Positions 1 to 14,909 are shown, counted from the first letter of the stretch. The stretch is DNA of 64,000 bases from Lama guanicoe (GCA_013239625.1 MU054129.1:65238-129237), one strand, 5' to 3'. Notes: generated from the letters alone by a model not told the origin. Translations and numbers: made by a program.

Positions 1-245
1 GGAATTTGTTAGTGCCTAGTATGTGCTAGTCACTGTATTAAATGTTGTACATATACGTGTGTGTGCGTGTGTATGTGCGTGTACAATTTAATCACCCAAA
101 CAATCCTTATTCTTATATTCCTTTTGCAAATGAAGATTCTGTGGCTTAAAGAGTGTAAATGATTTGCCCAAGCTCTCATTGCCAATAAGAGACCACTGTG
201 GGACTCAGATGTAAGACCCTATCTCTCTGAATCCATGTTCTTCTA
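1..245 (-). mobile_element. MIR-like SINE relic with embedded (TG)n
   Basis: Degenerate antisense MIR core: 'cttttgcaaatgaagattctgtggcttaaagagtgtaaatgatttgcccaagctc'. Confidence 0.6.
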
Positions 246-479
246 AGAACAGAGACCCTCTTGGGGTCCTAAGTCGCAGGGTTACATAATGTTTTAAGAG
301 ACACTTGTCTAAAATAATAACTACAGAGGTTTTGACTTACTGTTCTCTTCCTAAAAATGAGAAAAGCATGTGTTAGCGAAGGTCACACTGTCCTTTTGAT
401 TTTCACATAAGCCCAATCGTATATCAAAGTGGACAGTCCAGTGTTATCTGCAATTTCTGAACATTTCAAGGAGTTCACT

Positions 480-780
480 GTATTTGCTTCCTGTTGCTGT
501 TGAAACAAGTATCCCCAAACGTCATGGTAGTAGGAAGAAGAAAGAAAAATTCTCCACGAAACAACACAAATATAACCTCGTAGGGTTCTTGAACGCAGAA
601 GCCTGCTGAAGTCAAAGTATTGGCAGGGCTGTTTCTGAAAGCCTCAGGGGAACCTGTATCTTTGACTTTTCTGGCGTCCAGAGGCCACCTGCATCTCTTG
701 GCCTGTGACCTCTTTTATCTCTCTCAAGATCAGCGTGGTTGAGGGTCTCTGACTCTGTGTCTTCTTGAGTAGGATTCCGG
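480..780 (-). mobile_element. MLT1-type (ERVL-MaLR) LTR relic
   Basis: 'ttcctgttgctgttgaaacaagtatccccaaac...aaacaacacaaat...ggcagggctg...gaggccacctgcatctcttggcctgtgacc' resembles the antisense MLT1 motif order. Confidence 0.6.
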
Positions 781-2489
781 GAGTAAATGAAGAAGGACAG
801 TGATGTCGTGATCCAGGCTCCCTCTGGGGTCTCCCCAGCACGTGGATCGGCACCTGGTATAAAGTATGTCTCAGTCCGAGCCAGCTGAGTGAGTGACTCA
901 CAGGCATCAAATGTGTGACATCAGTGAATTAACAGCATTCTTTGTAGGACTCAGAGAATAAGCTGAGAGCCCTGTGGCCTTCCCAGCCTCACATACTATT
1001 TTGATATTGGGGTCATTTCTGGGAATGTTATTCTGTACTTGACAAAAGGCTAGTACAATTCCAGGGTTAAGCAACTTGCCCTAGGGAAATTTTATGATAA
1101 AATATTTAGAAAAATAGTTAAATGCCCAAAATGGCATAGCATTGTCCTTTGGTGTTTAGATAATGTATGGCTGTAATTTTCTTACTTTATATGTTTTCTA
1201 CATTTTCCACCGTGTGTATCCACAACTATATAATAAGAAAAAGCAAATGTTTAAAAGAGAAAATCTCTCTTCTCCAGATATGATTTGGTTAGAGGATGAG
1301 TCAGATATATATAATAAGAGAATCTTAAATACATGTGTCCATAATTCACTCTTTAAATTCAGGAACAGGAAACTCAGGAATGAAATAGATTAAGAGAATC
1401 AAAGATACTTGTATTCAAGATTAGCAAGGGGGAGTGTCCTCAACAGAAATGGTGATAATCCATAGTGCAGGGATTAAATGTGATAATGAAGGTACAAAAA
1501 CAACATGAACTAGAAAATGCCATGTGGAAAGCACTGAGTAAAGGGCAATTTACTATGATTATGCCAATATGTGTGGTCAATTCCCAAGCAAATGATTGTA
1601 TAGCCCCTGCTAGATGGAGAAACTTCCAGCCTTGGCTGGAAAGGGGGACGGATCCAGTGTCTGTATTTTTTAAAATGTCTACAGGTGCTTCTCATGTGCA
1701 AATTGATATCCCTGCACGAGGACCATAACCCAACAGAAAACCCAAAAGACCGAGGACAATGATGGGTAGACAACAGCCCAAGCTTTTCTGCCACAGATGA
1801 GTGGTTCCACTCAGGAAGACTGAGCAAGAGGCTCAGAGTCTTAGCTAAGGACAAGCAAGTCGGGACTTCTAATATGACCTAATGCCATCGACGGTGGAGG
1901 GCAGTTAAGCACAAGAAGGGAGCGCCAGGTGAGTTAACATGGAATTTTCATCCTGGATCCATACCGTGATGGATTTGGGTCCAGGGGGGTAAAAGCCCTG
2001 CTTCCCTGGGGCATGGACCGGATTCCACAAGAGGCTGAGACAGGAAGCATGAGGCAGAGAAAAATTCCCCCAGGAGAATCCCGAGTCTGGGTGCCAGGGA
2101 GGGTGATGGACGAGCGTGGTCCCAGCGCCACCCGCACCGCAGGTCTCCGAGGGGCTGTGGAGCTGGGCGCCCCAGGCCGGATCTCAGACCTGCCTGCAGC
2201 GCTCCGGGCTGCAGCCTGCGGAGCGGCTTCAGCAGCAGGCTGGTCCCGTCATTCTCTTAGGTGCTGCAGTGACCCCCACCCTTGTGGCCACGGTGTTCCC
2301 AGGCCAAGGGTCTAAGTGACTTCAACCCTATTTACAGGTGACCACAGCCGGTTAGCCTGTGCTGCTCAAAAGAAAGATCCCCCATGGGGTTTTGATGTGT
2401 CAGGGGGGTGCTAATACCTGGCCTGCTTTGAATCGTTTCATCCTGACAGCAGCCTGGGCAGTGGAAGTTTCATCTCCCAATTTTATTTC

Positions 2490-2692
2490 AACTTTTTTTG
2501 TTGAAAGTATAGTTCCTTTACAATATTGTGTTAATTCTTGGTGTACTCCATAGTGATTCACTTATACATACATATATATATATTCACTTATAATATATAT
2601 ATATATATTCCTTGTCATATAATTTTCCAATATAGGCTATTAAAAGTTATTGAATGTAGTTCCCTGTGCTATACAGTAGGATCTTGTTGTTT
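2490..2692 (-). mobile_element. L1 3' end fragment with internal (TA)n
   Basis: PolyT followed by 'gaaagtatagtt..tttacaatattgtgttaatt...tagttccctgtgctatacagtagg', the antisense 3' terminus typical of cetartiodactyl L1s. Confidence 0.7.
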
Positions 2693-5600
2693 GAAACAAA
2701 AATTACTAAACAAAGTAACAAAATAAGCAGACTAAACCTAGCCATGTATATGACACAGTGGAGTTTATCTCAGGATTTAAATGTGGTTTAGATCTCCAGG
2801 ATCCCTTTATCAAGTTATCATAAGTAAAGAGCCTGTGGACCACTTCTCAGAAAAATGTTTTAAAATCATAAGATTTAGAGAAAAAAGAAGGAAGATAATT
2901 ATACTGAAAAGCAGATATCAAAATATAAAAATGGGCATTTGTGATACAGTAATATCTGAATTATTGGAAGAACGTGTTCATTAAAAGGATCCAGTGGTGG
3001 GTCTACTAACCACAACATTCTGCCATAGCAGTGAGTGTAAATCATCTTCTGAGATCTGCAACAATTGCATTTGGAATGTAAATAAAGTTAAATAACAAAT
3101 AAGACATGAAGTGTGGATTCAGATTCAGGGGTATCTCGAGTCCATATCCCCACCACTTCCCAGAGCTCCCTGCTCTTCCCCTGATGTTATGGAAAGAGGT
3201 GGGGAATGTTTGTGAAGCGAAAGGGCATGTTACATTGCAAAGAAATCTCGTAGCAAACCTTGGAGGATGGCCAGTAAAAGGTTAACGCTGAGATCAGAGG
3301 CAGTGGGAAACCTAGCGGGGACAGCTCTTCACAAGTCACATCATGTACTCTGTGTGTGTCCACGTGTGTGTGCATACAGACGTCTGTGCATACAGACGTG
3401 CATACATACATGTATGATGTTTACACCTGCCTTTCGTGTGAAGCCGCCTCACTGTGAAAATTTGAAATCCATCCAAACGTGCAGTGCAGTAAGCTCAGCC
3501 ACACCCTAAGTTGTCTGTTGTTGCTCTGTCTCTTCTGCTGAACTCCACGAGTAAGCCATGCGCCAGCTGTTGCTTTCAGGAACAACAGCCCTGTAGGCTA
3601 CAGGTCCATGCCTTGTTTCACTGCCAACTCTGATTTTCTTTCAGGACAAATTACCATTTGAAAAAGGGGGAAGCATTCAGTTGGCCCACAAGCCTCTGAG
3701 TGAGGGAAAAACATAACCTTAGAGACAGCTCTGTGGGACAGCATCCAGAAGGGGGCAGAGCACTGGGCTGCGAGTCGAGGCTGTGTTTCTTTCAAGCTCT
3801 GCACTGAATTTAGGTGGCATGTCACTTCTTAGGCCCTTGATTTGTTCAGCTTAAATTAGGGTCTTGGACCTGTTCTATCCAACATTATAGTATCACTTTT
3901 TTGCTCGGTGACCCTCCATAGCTCCGCAATTCCTTCAGAAGGAAAAATGCCCACATCCTCACGGCAGCCTCTAAGGCTCCACCCCTAAAACCACCACTTA
4001 TTTCCTATTCACTGTGGCCCACACCAGTCTCCATGCTGTCTGCCCAGCGTGAGGGCCTCCAGGCCTGTGATCACTGTTCCCCCTGCCCCTCCTCTGCCCG
4101 CCCCTTTGCCTCCGTCTTTGCCTTATTCAAATGTCACTGCCCCAGCCCCACTCCTCCCTACCACACATTCCTCGCCCTCCTTTATTTTCCTCCGCAGCAC
4201 TTATCACCAGCTCACAGACCCTGTATTTCTTTCTTTTACCTATTTTCTCTGACGATTTTCAGCCTGGAAAGGCCATGGTGGATAATAGCAGAGAAATGGG
4301 GGCAAAAAAGGCAAGTGAGGGAAGGCATCTTCTAAAAGCTAAAATGCCCACCTGAAAAGGAGTTAGGAGATAAAGTAGTAGTCATTACAATTTTGGTAAA
4401 CCCAAGGTACGTAGTCAGGTCTAGTTTTCACAATATTTGAGGGTAGAGAGGCAGCAATAAAAAGAAATTTATCCTGAAAACAAGAAAATAAATTCTTGGG
4501 AAGATGATGTGTTCAGTTTGAAATGTCAGTAATACTTTTATGACCTTGGTCTGATAATATCCTGCTTTATAATTTGATCTGTTTGGCAGCTGGGTCATGA
4601 ATCTACTGCTGCCACAGTTTCGGGAGCAGAACAGACCACCCCACATTGGGAACGGGACAACCATCTGTATCCCATGGGCAAACTGGGGTTATTTTATGAA
4701 TACCCTGAAATGAGTAAGTCATCAGTGGAGATTTCTGTGTTGTCTGTTATACTAGAGTATGCTTTGGGTCTCAGAAGCATCGGTTACCGAGCCAAACAAT
4801 GACCTAGCATACCGAAACGGAGCCCGCTTTTCTCCATTAAATGCAATTATGCAGTCAGGCTTTCAAATAGGGTGCCTGTGTGTATATTTGTCAATATTTA
4901 TGTTGTACAAAGCTGAAGATTTACTGCCAAGGAATGAAATGGAATACTCATTCAGGTACGTCTCCACCATTGATTCTCAGATCCTTATGGTGATGTCGTC
5001 TAAAGATGAACTCAGAACCGTAACTAGATGAGACTCAGCTCGGGCTGTAGCCCGTGTGGCACAGCTGTTGGCTGATATCCTTCTAAACAGAGTCATATGA
5101 GCCAGCCAGCCTGTGCAGAAAGCCCGCAAGAGCATCCTGCCTCATGGCAGCAAGGTTCACAGGGTCACCCCTTCCACATCTCACACCTGCCTTTCACATT
5201 GTTCCTATTTCTTCTGGCCGATGGTTTCTGCCTGGTTCCTTGAGTGACCTCATGGCACATCACTGGCTTCAATTCAGGATGAATTTGCTGTAGAGCACAG
5301 ATCCCCTCCTTCTCCAATGTCTTTGTCCATTTCTGTACATTTGCTTGGGCTCTGTTTCTCTTTGGTTGAACTTGGTTTTGAGCTCTCAGTTGCCTTTAAA
5401 TTGTTGCATCTCAAAATAGATTTCCATAGGAAACGTCATCTTTTCTATTATGCATGGCTCACTTTTATCTACTAGATGGCTGATGATGTGCATGTTTTGT
5501 ATCTGAGCCTTTCAGCTCACCACTGCCTTGAATTAGTTTTATTTATTTATTTTTTTAAGCTTAGGAGACAGGAAAGGATTTTGGTCAATAGGATTTGCAT

Positions 5601-7619
5601 TTATGCATGCGGGTTCATGTCTGCAAAGGCACCCCTTTGTGCTTCCTGTTTATAAGTCTACAGAAAAAGGGAGTTTTCTTTTTCCTACACTACATTCTAT
5701 ATATAAAATAATTGGTTTTACAAATATGTATTATATATGGGAACACATCTGGTTCCCTCGGTGAGTGAAAGCTCATCTTTTGGCATCTTCATTCTGCTAT
5801 GCTTTGTGGCCTGGTGTCTGATTTGAGTTTCATCTTTGATTGTGTTGTGTTTAGTGACCAGGTTCCATTAAGGGTGCAGCTGCTGTCCCTGGTGTAGAAA
5901 TTATGTTCGTTTATTCACTTATTTTCAAAAGGACGTTAAGCCAATGACCTGTTATTCCAAAATGAGTCATAATCGTAAATATGTCTTATTGGGGCAATTA
6001 TCAGCATTAATATTAACAACAACATTCTGAGGGCAGCATATCATTTGGTATTTTAACACACACGAAAAAAGCCTTGGAAAAAAGTTATTGTTCTAATTAA
6101 GTCAAATGAAGGTCATTGAAAGGAAAAGTAGTACTCTTTTGGGAGAAAATGATAGGACTTTTAGAACTTTATAGTCTCATTAAAATATCAATTAAATAAT
6201 TCAGCCTAACTCTACCCTACATAACAGGATGGAGTAACAGTTATTCTGGAGAGATTTTTCAGATTTATTCATTTTCCTATTATCTAAATAATCCCTAACG
6301 AATTAGAAAATTCAGTCCATTTCTGAGAGTAAGCAGTCTGTTTTTCTGTATTCAATGCTGGAGTGAAACTTATTTTGTGTTCTTTTCATTCATGGGAGAT
6401 AGAATTTCCAAGTGCTTTTTGAATTATTTTTGTTCCTCTAAAATAAATTGCCTTTGGTGGTGATCTCCTGACCTCAGTTTCCTCCTCCCAGTTTTCCCCA
6501 TGATCATTAATGACACCCCACCTGCCTTTTAGTTATGCCTCTTAGCTGCTGAAGGGGAACAGCTACTACCTCCACCCGTGCTTCGTTAGGCGTCACACCC
6601 AGCCACCAACACTAGTCTCCTTCGCCTGAAGTACCTTTCTCTGCTTTTCTGCCTGGAAGGAATCTTGCCAAGCCTTGGCAGGAAACCCTCCACTTTTTAG
6701 GGATTTTCTGCTCTCCTCCCTAGGTATGAATTGCACTTGATTCTTGTCTTAATGGTGTGTGATCGTGTCCATTACCATTGTGCACCTTGGCTGAACTGAT
6801 CCTTTCGGAGGCAGTAGTCAGGCTTTTCATCTTCCCGTCCATGTCTGGAGCACCATAGCCTGGACCCTGGTTCTCAAACGTGTTTAAGTGACTTGAGCTT
6901 GGAGTTTCAACACACTCACATACAACTGTTAGATGAGTTGGTGGTAACATTTCCCCCAAGGCCCCCACAAGATTCTATATGGCATATGGTTTTTCTGAGT
7001 GAAATTTCTCTTTTATTTGTTTTCGTGAATTCCCCACTGTCCTTTGAGATTATTAGAGTAACCCTGAGTTGTTAACCACAATAGCTCTCCCCCCACCAGC
7101 GAAAGATCCTGCTGTCTGGGAACTCAGACATGGGACATAAGAGAAGTAATCTATCTGTCTTAAAATCTGGAAGCCATAAGATACCGTTTAGTACTTAGAG
7201 CACCCACAGCACAAACACCAGTCTCTCAAGAATGTGGCGCTGCCTTCCCAGAGGGTGGGTGCCATAAGTGAAATGCAGTGAGTGATGAAGTGAGAGCTCC
7301 TTGTCTCTGGTACTTCCTTTTCCACCCTTGCTGTGTTAACTTGATCTTCCCTTCATATATTATGTTCTCCATTTAATTTGCTGCATTTAATATCAGTTGT
7401 TCTTCAACATCTCCTTGCACCCGCCCCCTCCATTCACTCTCTCTCCAGTGCTGTCCCCCCCCACGCCTCTCCTGCACTCTCCAGGACGAGGCCTGTCTCC
7501 CCCACACGCTCACCTCTGTTCTGTCTGCCCACCTCCTGCACTGACATTTCTTTAACTCCGCAGAATGAACTTTCCAATATGGCAGCTGAGTAACTGGGGG
7601 GGATTGTAGACCTCTCATC

Positions 7620-8600
7620 TTTTTACTGATTCATTCGCTTATCTATCCAACGAACACTGAGCAGCTGCTATCCCAAACACTGTATCAACTGCTGGGAAGA
7701 CCAAGACAGGTAAGACTTGGTGTCTGCACTCCCCAGGCCAGGCGAGACTTGGCGAGTAGTTGATGGATTGCTAAGCAGGTGAACACAAATTGGACTTCCT
7801 AGAGCTGAAAATATTTGAACTGAATCTTGAAAGGTGAAAGGAAGTTAGATCTCTATTGTGTGGTAGATGGAGTGGACAATTCATGCAGAGAGGTAGACAC
7901 ATATAAGAGTACACGGCATGAAGCGGCTTGGCCAGACTGAAGAGCAACAAGTAGGGTTAGAAAAAGTATCCAAGGTGGGAGTATCTGGTGCACAAGGCCT
8001 CTGTCACAATGGGTCTTGTGTGCTTAGACTTGAATGTATCCTTAAAGAAACAGGGATATATTGGAATATATGTAAGCAAGAAAATTGCATAATGAAGAAT
8101 ATCTGGTTATACTGGCAGCAGAATGGAAGATACTATTTTTGGGGGGAGGCCCATATTTTGGGGAGAAAGGATATTTCGGGGACCACCCCAGGTAACCCAG
8201 GCAACAAGTGGCACACGCCTGCAGAGAGGCCCTGGGCAGAGGGAGAGAGACATGGGCGGCAGAAATGGTGACTGCTGCAGAGGGAACTGCAGGGCCGGGG
8301 CAGTGGGCCACAGAGCTGCTGAGGTGACTTTCCAGTGACCCATCCGGAGAGCGGATCTGCAGGGGGAGTGTAAGGGGTGGAGCTGGTTTCGAGGAGATGG
8401 TTCTGTGTGTGGCATTTTGATTGCAAAGTGTCTATGGGACTTCTGAGGGGTGATGTCCGTTGTTAAGCTGGATTCACCAGTCAGGAGCTCAGAGGAGCTG
8501 TGGGTGAGGCCGTGGGGGCGATTCAGTCCTGCCAAGTGGAGGATTGAAGATGAGGCCCTGGGGAAAAGGGCCATGTACATGGCAAATGGGAGAAGAGAAA
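7620..8600 (-). mobile_element. L2 LINE relic
   Basis: Starts with the antisense L2 tail 'attcattcgcttatctatccaacgaacactgagcagctgctat', followed by purine-rich degenerate L2-like sequence. Confidence 0.5.
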
Positions 8601-9329
8601 TCCACCAAGAGAAAGAAGAATAGCAGAGCAGTTGGGAGAAACTAGTTGAGACAACACAGAGAAGGCTGTAACCTGACTTTAGAGGGATTTGAACACTGAC
8701 TAAAAGGAGCATAGTGAGAAAGGGGGCTGTGTGGGGCATAAAAGCAAGGGCTAAAGTCCACTTTTAATTGACAAGACTGGGGAAAAGGAGGAGGAGGACT
8801 ATAATTAGGTAGACTTTAAAAAACAGATCTGTGTGTATCTGTGTGTGTGCATATGTGCACACACGCTTTTCTGCCTGGGAATTTAAATTTATTTAAGTAA
8901 AACAAATATTAAGGGGGGAAAACATTCCACTGAGAGGAAAATATTTGTCCACGGCAAAGCTAACTGGTAAGCAAATAAACAGGAGCTGAAAATGCCGACT
9001 GGTTTGAAACACGCAGCCACCGGCAGTGCAACCCCTGTCTCAGTGCCGCAGTGAGGGCCGTGGGGGCCTCAGGGCTCTGAGCCTTGGAGGAGTCATCAGC
9101 ACAGGCACGTCTCCAAGAAACTGGAATTTAAAGGGAAGAAGAAAGTGTAGAACGTATCAGAAAGCAATACAGGGCCGGGAGAGAGGGTTGGGCGAGGGTT
9201 AGTTTCCTTTTACAGTGGGCGTTTCTGGCCTTGCTGAGTTGCTAGGCCTCTGCTGTTTTGGTCTTTATTCCAAAAGCTTTTTAGAAAGTTCTTCTCGCTT
9301 GAAAATCTGAACAGATTAAATCATGTTGG

Positions 9330-10010
9330 TTTATTTCTGGTGTTTTATTTTTTAATTAAAAAATTATCTGGAATTTATTTTAATGTCATAAATGAGGACA
9401 CTGTACCAGGACTTCCAATGATGTAGCTAATTTCTCCAGTATTTGAATCCACTGATTTGAAGTGTCAGTTTTATAATATTACTAAAATCTCATAAATATC
9501 CACGTGTATTCTTGAAATGTAATCTATTTCATTCATACTCTCAGTGCACTATTTCTATACTGTTTCCATGACCATAGATTAATACCTCCTAGAGTTGGTC
9601 CTATTTTATCCTTTTCCAGAATGTCCCTAATACTATAAATTCAAACATCCCTCCTCATTATTTTATTTGTATATATGTGTATATTTCTGTAATAAATTTA
9701 GGATCACCTAACAGATTTTTTTCTTAAATCCATTTGGGATTATCAACTAAATTTGCATTCAGATACTAAATTTATTTTGGAGAAAACATGTTCTATGTCC
9801 CCCAAATTTGAGTCTGCCCACTGAAGAGGATGGTGCATTCTACTGTTCATTCAATCATCATTTTTTCTTATTTCAAGTCATTTATCAGAATCATCTTAAT
9901 ATTTTTCACTAATTTATTTCTTAATTGTCTGTGCCTTTTTTGTCATTATAAATGATATCTTTTCTGGATTTTGAGCTGGGTTGATTGCTAATAAACTCTT
10001 AATTTCTGGC
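9330..10010 (-). mobile_element. ancient L1M relic
   Basis: AT-rich degenerate antisense L1 ORF2-like segment ('tttgggattat...ttgcattcagatactaaatttattttggaga...ttgagtctgccca'). Confidence 0.4.
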
Positions 10011-13000
10011 TTCTCTTGAATAAGAAGGAGATCTGACAGTGTGAGGCCCTATTTCCAATATGGTGACTGTGAGCAGTGCGTTTCATTAGGATGTCCACTT
10101 GCCAATTTGCCAGTGGCTGCACCCACTCCGCACATTTCTGCTACTTACCTGCCCCCTGTAGGAAGATGAGTTCATGTAGGTTTAGGTGGGTTATGGACAC
10201 AGATACTGACATCACTGCTGCCACGCTGCTAACACTGTGCGTCACTAACTCTGGTTCTTGCTCTCTGACTTCCCTGAATATGACAGCTCCTTTTGGGCTG
10301 CATCTTTCCAGCATTGCTGGCTTTTCTGCAACACACCCCTGCCTCTCAGGTCAGAAGCAAATGTCAGCTCCTCCTACCCATCCAACACATCCACGGTCTT
10401 GGAATTCCTGGTCAGAGTGGTCCCTACCCCTTGACTGAGCAGTAACACTAAAGGAACTATAAATTTGCCTCTCATCCAATGTCTTAGTTACATACCTGTG
10501 CTAGTTTACTTTAAAGGTCTGCCAGTTAGGAGGGGAGGGTCTAAAAGTCTTTTAGATCTCTGGCCTTAGGCCTTATCATTTCTAACCGCTCCCCCACCCC
10601 ATGGAACAGCTTACCACAGATCTCTGCTGCCCCGTCTGTAGCAATGCCCTGTAAATTACAGAGAGAAAAGAAATTTTAAGCGACCACCATATCTTTGACT
10701 TCCTGTGACCACACAGACCATAGAAATATCAAGATAAAAATTCCTGAAGAAGGATATTTTGCTTATGAAGACACTTTTTTTCCTACAAAAAGTGTAGGGT
10801 TTTTTTAATTGTGTAACATAATTTAAGTCAATAAACTTTTTAAGAAGTTAACACATGTTCTGATTCTTTCCATTGCCCATCAACCATTAGTTCCTCCAAT
10901 GTCTGAGTCATATAATCTTCAAGGCAGCCCTTTCAATGATTTTTGGTCAACCAACAGTTGTCAGTCAGCCCTGTAACCTTTGGGATCCAATTTTATCAAG
11001 CAATTTACCTCAGGACTATTTCGTATTTGGCGTCAGGGAAGATTGATCTGCCTGGTTCAGAATTTCAGACACACTCTAAATATGCATTAAGTTCAAATCA
11101 TTTACTCCTAAGCTTATCACATCTTAGAACAGTACTGATCGTTGTCGATACATTTTTTGTAAAGTCCAGACACTTTTCAAGATAAAAGCCTAAAAAAAGA
11201 AGCCATGTTTGTCTCATGTGAACATTAAAGTCAAGAGTACTAAATCAATGTAACTGATCATTTCTCAACTTACGCTTTTAAATTACCAGTTCTATAGTCC
11301 CAGAAGCTATCTTTATGTTCAATACCCATCACTTGATTCTGTTTTAGGTATCCTGTTCCATCTTGTATGTATCAAAACTCATACTGAACAATGAGTTCTG
11401 GGTTGCAAAAGAGGATTTACTTTTGCACCTGTCTACAAGTTGAAGACACTTTAATTGCATACCTTTTTGTGACTTGTAATAACTTAATAGACTCTCTGAA
11501 TGTGCTTCACTCAACTTCCCAGACTCAAGGGAGCCTGGTCACTTGCCTAGTTTCAGTGTATTCCCTCCAACATTCTCTACACATAGCTTTCCCAAAGGTA
11601 CATTTCTTATTTCTATTTAAATTGTTAGATACATCCACAATATTCTCTTTTTAATCCTCAATTAAAAATCATCTCCCAAGATTGTATTATTTCAACACTG
11701 AGAGTGAATAATATGCTTCAAGATTCCCAAGTTTATTATATCAGCAAAATGGTTGGTTAAAGATTTTTAAGTATGTTATTCCTACTTAGGGTATATACGT
11801 GAAAGAAACAGGTTGTAATGAGTCTTCTTCCCAGAGATTTTATATTTGCTTTTGTTTCGATTCTTTCACTGTTGAACATTATTATTACCATGTATGTCTT
11901 TTCTCTTTGGGATTTAGTTCACCATTTGTGCCTCTCTCTTTTCAGAAGTAAAGGAATTTATGTTGTCCTTCCATCCATCCACCACTCCATGTTGTGTATC
12001 CATTCCTTCAACAGGTATTCAGTTTGGGTTCACCACCTTATTTGTGGCCTCTTTCCAGTGGCCCCTCTGTTGGCTCTGGAGAACAATATATTGGAAATGA
12101 GAGTGGGTACGTGGAAACTTGACTACCCAGTATAGACGTATGGTGCCAGAAAAAGCCCAGGACATCGCAACATGGCAGCCCACCAATCAAGGAACAGCAG
12201 TTCTGGCTGTGGTGAACCAATGTGAGTAGAAAGGCTTCATGGGGTGAAGACCTTGAAGAGTCCAAAAATGCATTGGTGTTGCTTCCTAAGGAATCCAGTG
12301 TTGGGTATTGTTTAATATGAGAGGGAGATGCTAACACTATCATCGTTATAAACAACATAGTTGTTGCAACTGTAATTGTTATTATTTTTAATATATTTTC
12401 TTTATACTTATAATTTGTGACTTACAAGACCCTTACAGAGGCAGTTGTTAAGAAATGTGGCCGTTATGCTGTTGCTGAAGTGTTAATTCATTAGAAGCAT
12501 GGTAATAGTATTAATAAGTAATCACTCTTTTGATCCTCACATGACTATAAAGGTTACCCAGCAGTGCTTATATAATGGAGATAGAAATCTATCCGTTTAA
12601 GAGTTTGTAGAACCTAAAATAAGAGCAGTCATTCCACCGTATTTGACCATATATTCCAGACTATCAGTTTAAAGTAGGAACTACCTGATGAGGCCATATA
12701 AACCCTTTGTGCATCACCAATCATTCATTACCTTCCTGGTCCCCTGGGGCAGAGATTCTTCCAGAAGGTGGTCCCATCTCTCCTCCCCACCCCACTCTTG
12801 GCCTTTGCTACCCACTGTTGGTCATTAGCTAAGCATCTTCATATCCTGTATGTGTCTGAGCTGTGAGGGAACAGAACTCAGCTGTTTACAAACTGTATTG
12901 ACTATGACCAGTCTGAACAGCCTCTCTCCTTCCCTGCCCACACACCCACAGGGCAACAGGGGGCTCGCAACCACAGCGATTCCCATGCCAGCCCATCAGG

Positions 13001-14826
13001 GAGACTTCTTCCCTAGAAATATTCTTACAACCAGGGCTGTTTCCTCCCTTATTTCACTGCCAGTTTCACTCCCAGGTTACAGTCCCCAACAAAGGGCTAT
13101 CCCAGTTTGAATTTCTTAATCAAGTCACATTGACCCTGAGTCCCTGGCATTTTCCTATGAGCACTCATAGAAACAGCACAAGGCCTGGCAGTGGCTGTGG
13201 GCCAAGTTCCTGGGGGAGGGGACTTGCTGGGCCCTTCAGGTTCTGTAGCCTGGCCTGAGCTCAACTCCCAGCACGGTGTCTTCCCATCTGCAGGATTTCG
13301 GGCCAGGTTTCAACAGTTCAGAGCTTCATTTTATCACCTGCAGACAGAATAATTTCTTGCTGCATATTTTAAGACTGCGATGTACCACAAAGGGTGCTTA
13401 GGGAATTCAGTGAGTCAATGCATGGAAATCACACAACCTGGTCCTCAGGGAATGTTAGTTAACTTCATTATGCACCATCGATAAAATTGGCTGCACAGAC
13501 TTGGCCAGGTATCAAAGCTACAGGCACAGGAATTTGACAATGTGTCACTGTCTGGATCATAGTCACAATTATACACAGTAAAACAAGCTACCTGGGACCA
13601 CCCAGCTGCCAGCCAACCCGACTCCCCACCCCAAGAACCCTCAATTTTTCTGATTTGTTTGCTACCCCTGATTTTTGGAGAAAGTTGGCAAAACACACAC
13701 AGTCAATGACTGCTAGGTTATGTCCATTCCCATTCACTCAAATTGCCCCATTTTCAGTATCCACTGTGCTGCAAAACATAGACTAATATTCAGAAATATG
13801 ACAGCAAGGCCTTTCCCATTCCACAGTCAGAGAAGCATAAATCTGTCATGTTTAATATGGCATATGACACTAAGCAAGGTAGGAAAACAGGCTCCTGTGC
13901 TTTAAGGAAATTTTTAGCAATGACGTTTGAAAGTTAAACTGTTTTTCTTTGACCTTCAGCTAACCAGAAATTTCAATTGACTCCTAATACCCATTCCTCA
14001 GGTGTCCTGGTTTGATTGTATTAGGCACTTTTTCCTCATCTCCCCAGCATGACTTTGCTCCATCAGCACAGATGGAGTGTCTCCAAGGCTGCTCCGTGTG
14101 CATGGGCGTATGTGTGCACACATGTGCACCCACTGACTGGTGCCACTGATTCATATCCAGGGGTTGTTCTGTCTTATAACTCAAGCATTGCTATATTATA
14201 TCCTAGAAAACTACTTTTAGATAATTGATTGAACTATAGACCATTCTCTTGCCCACATTAGGAAGTGATGTCTTCCAAGACACAGGTCCTCTGTGCTTAT
14301 ATAAGTAAAATTAAGAAGTAAATATGTATGTCATCCCCTCACATATTTAATTTGTGCCTTCCCAAATGAATGTGCACAGTTAAGGCTAACTTCCCATAAC
14401 AGGAGAACTTTTAGGAAGAAAGAAGAAGGAATTAGTCACCAGGGAGAAGACAGGACACCAAGCAGAAGTTTGGTATAAAATCATTTATTCTAAAGCTGTT
14501 CTGGCTCAATAAATAAGTGGAATTAACATTGTTGTATCATGCCAGAGCATCTGCTTTTGAAGACCGATTTTAATTGACTTTGATATAACTGGAAAATTGT
14601 GTTGGAACAACATGGGAAATGAAGCACACTGGATCTATCTGTACTCCTGCAGTGTGTCTCAGAGCTGTTCAGTTTTGAGGAAAAGTATAGACAATAGAAT
14701 TCATTGTTGGAATTTTTGTAGCTTCCGGAATCACATCTGCAGGTGATTCTGTTAAAGTCTAGAGTTGACTTAAATAGCAGGAAATTTTAGCCTATTGAAA
14801 TCAGGAGAAGAGAAATATTTTTGCCT

Positions 14827-14848
14827 ACCACCACCACCACCACCACCA
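14827..14848 (+). repeat. (ACC)7 microsatellite
   Basis: Perfect trinucleotide run; it explains the polyPro/polyGly stretches in the ORF track. Confidence 0.9.
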
Positions 14849-14909
14849 GCAGGCAAGCACGTGTACACCCAGAGAGATTTCACATCAGACGGAATGACAA
14901 ACCTGGTTC

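Noticed and set aside
2080..2300. GC/CpG-rich patch as a CpG-island promoter
   Set aside because: Short, only modest CpG density, and no associated exon structure.
8107..8739. 210-aa minus-strand ORF
   Set aside because: Overlaps an L2 relic, has no recognisable domain and no convincing gene structure.
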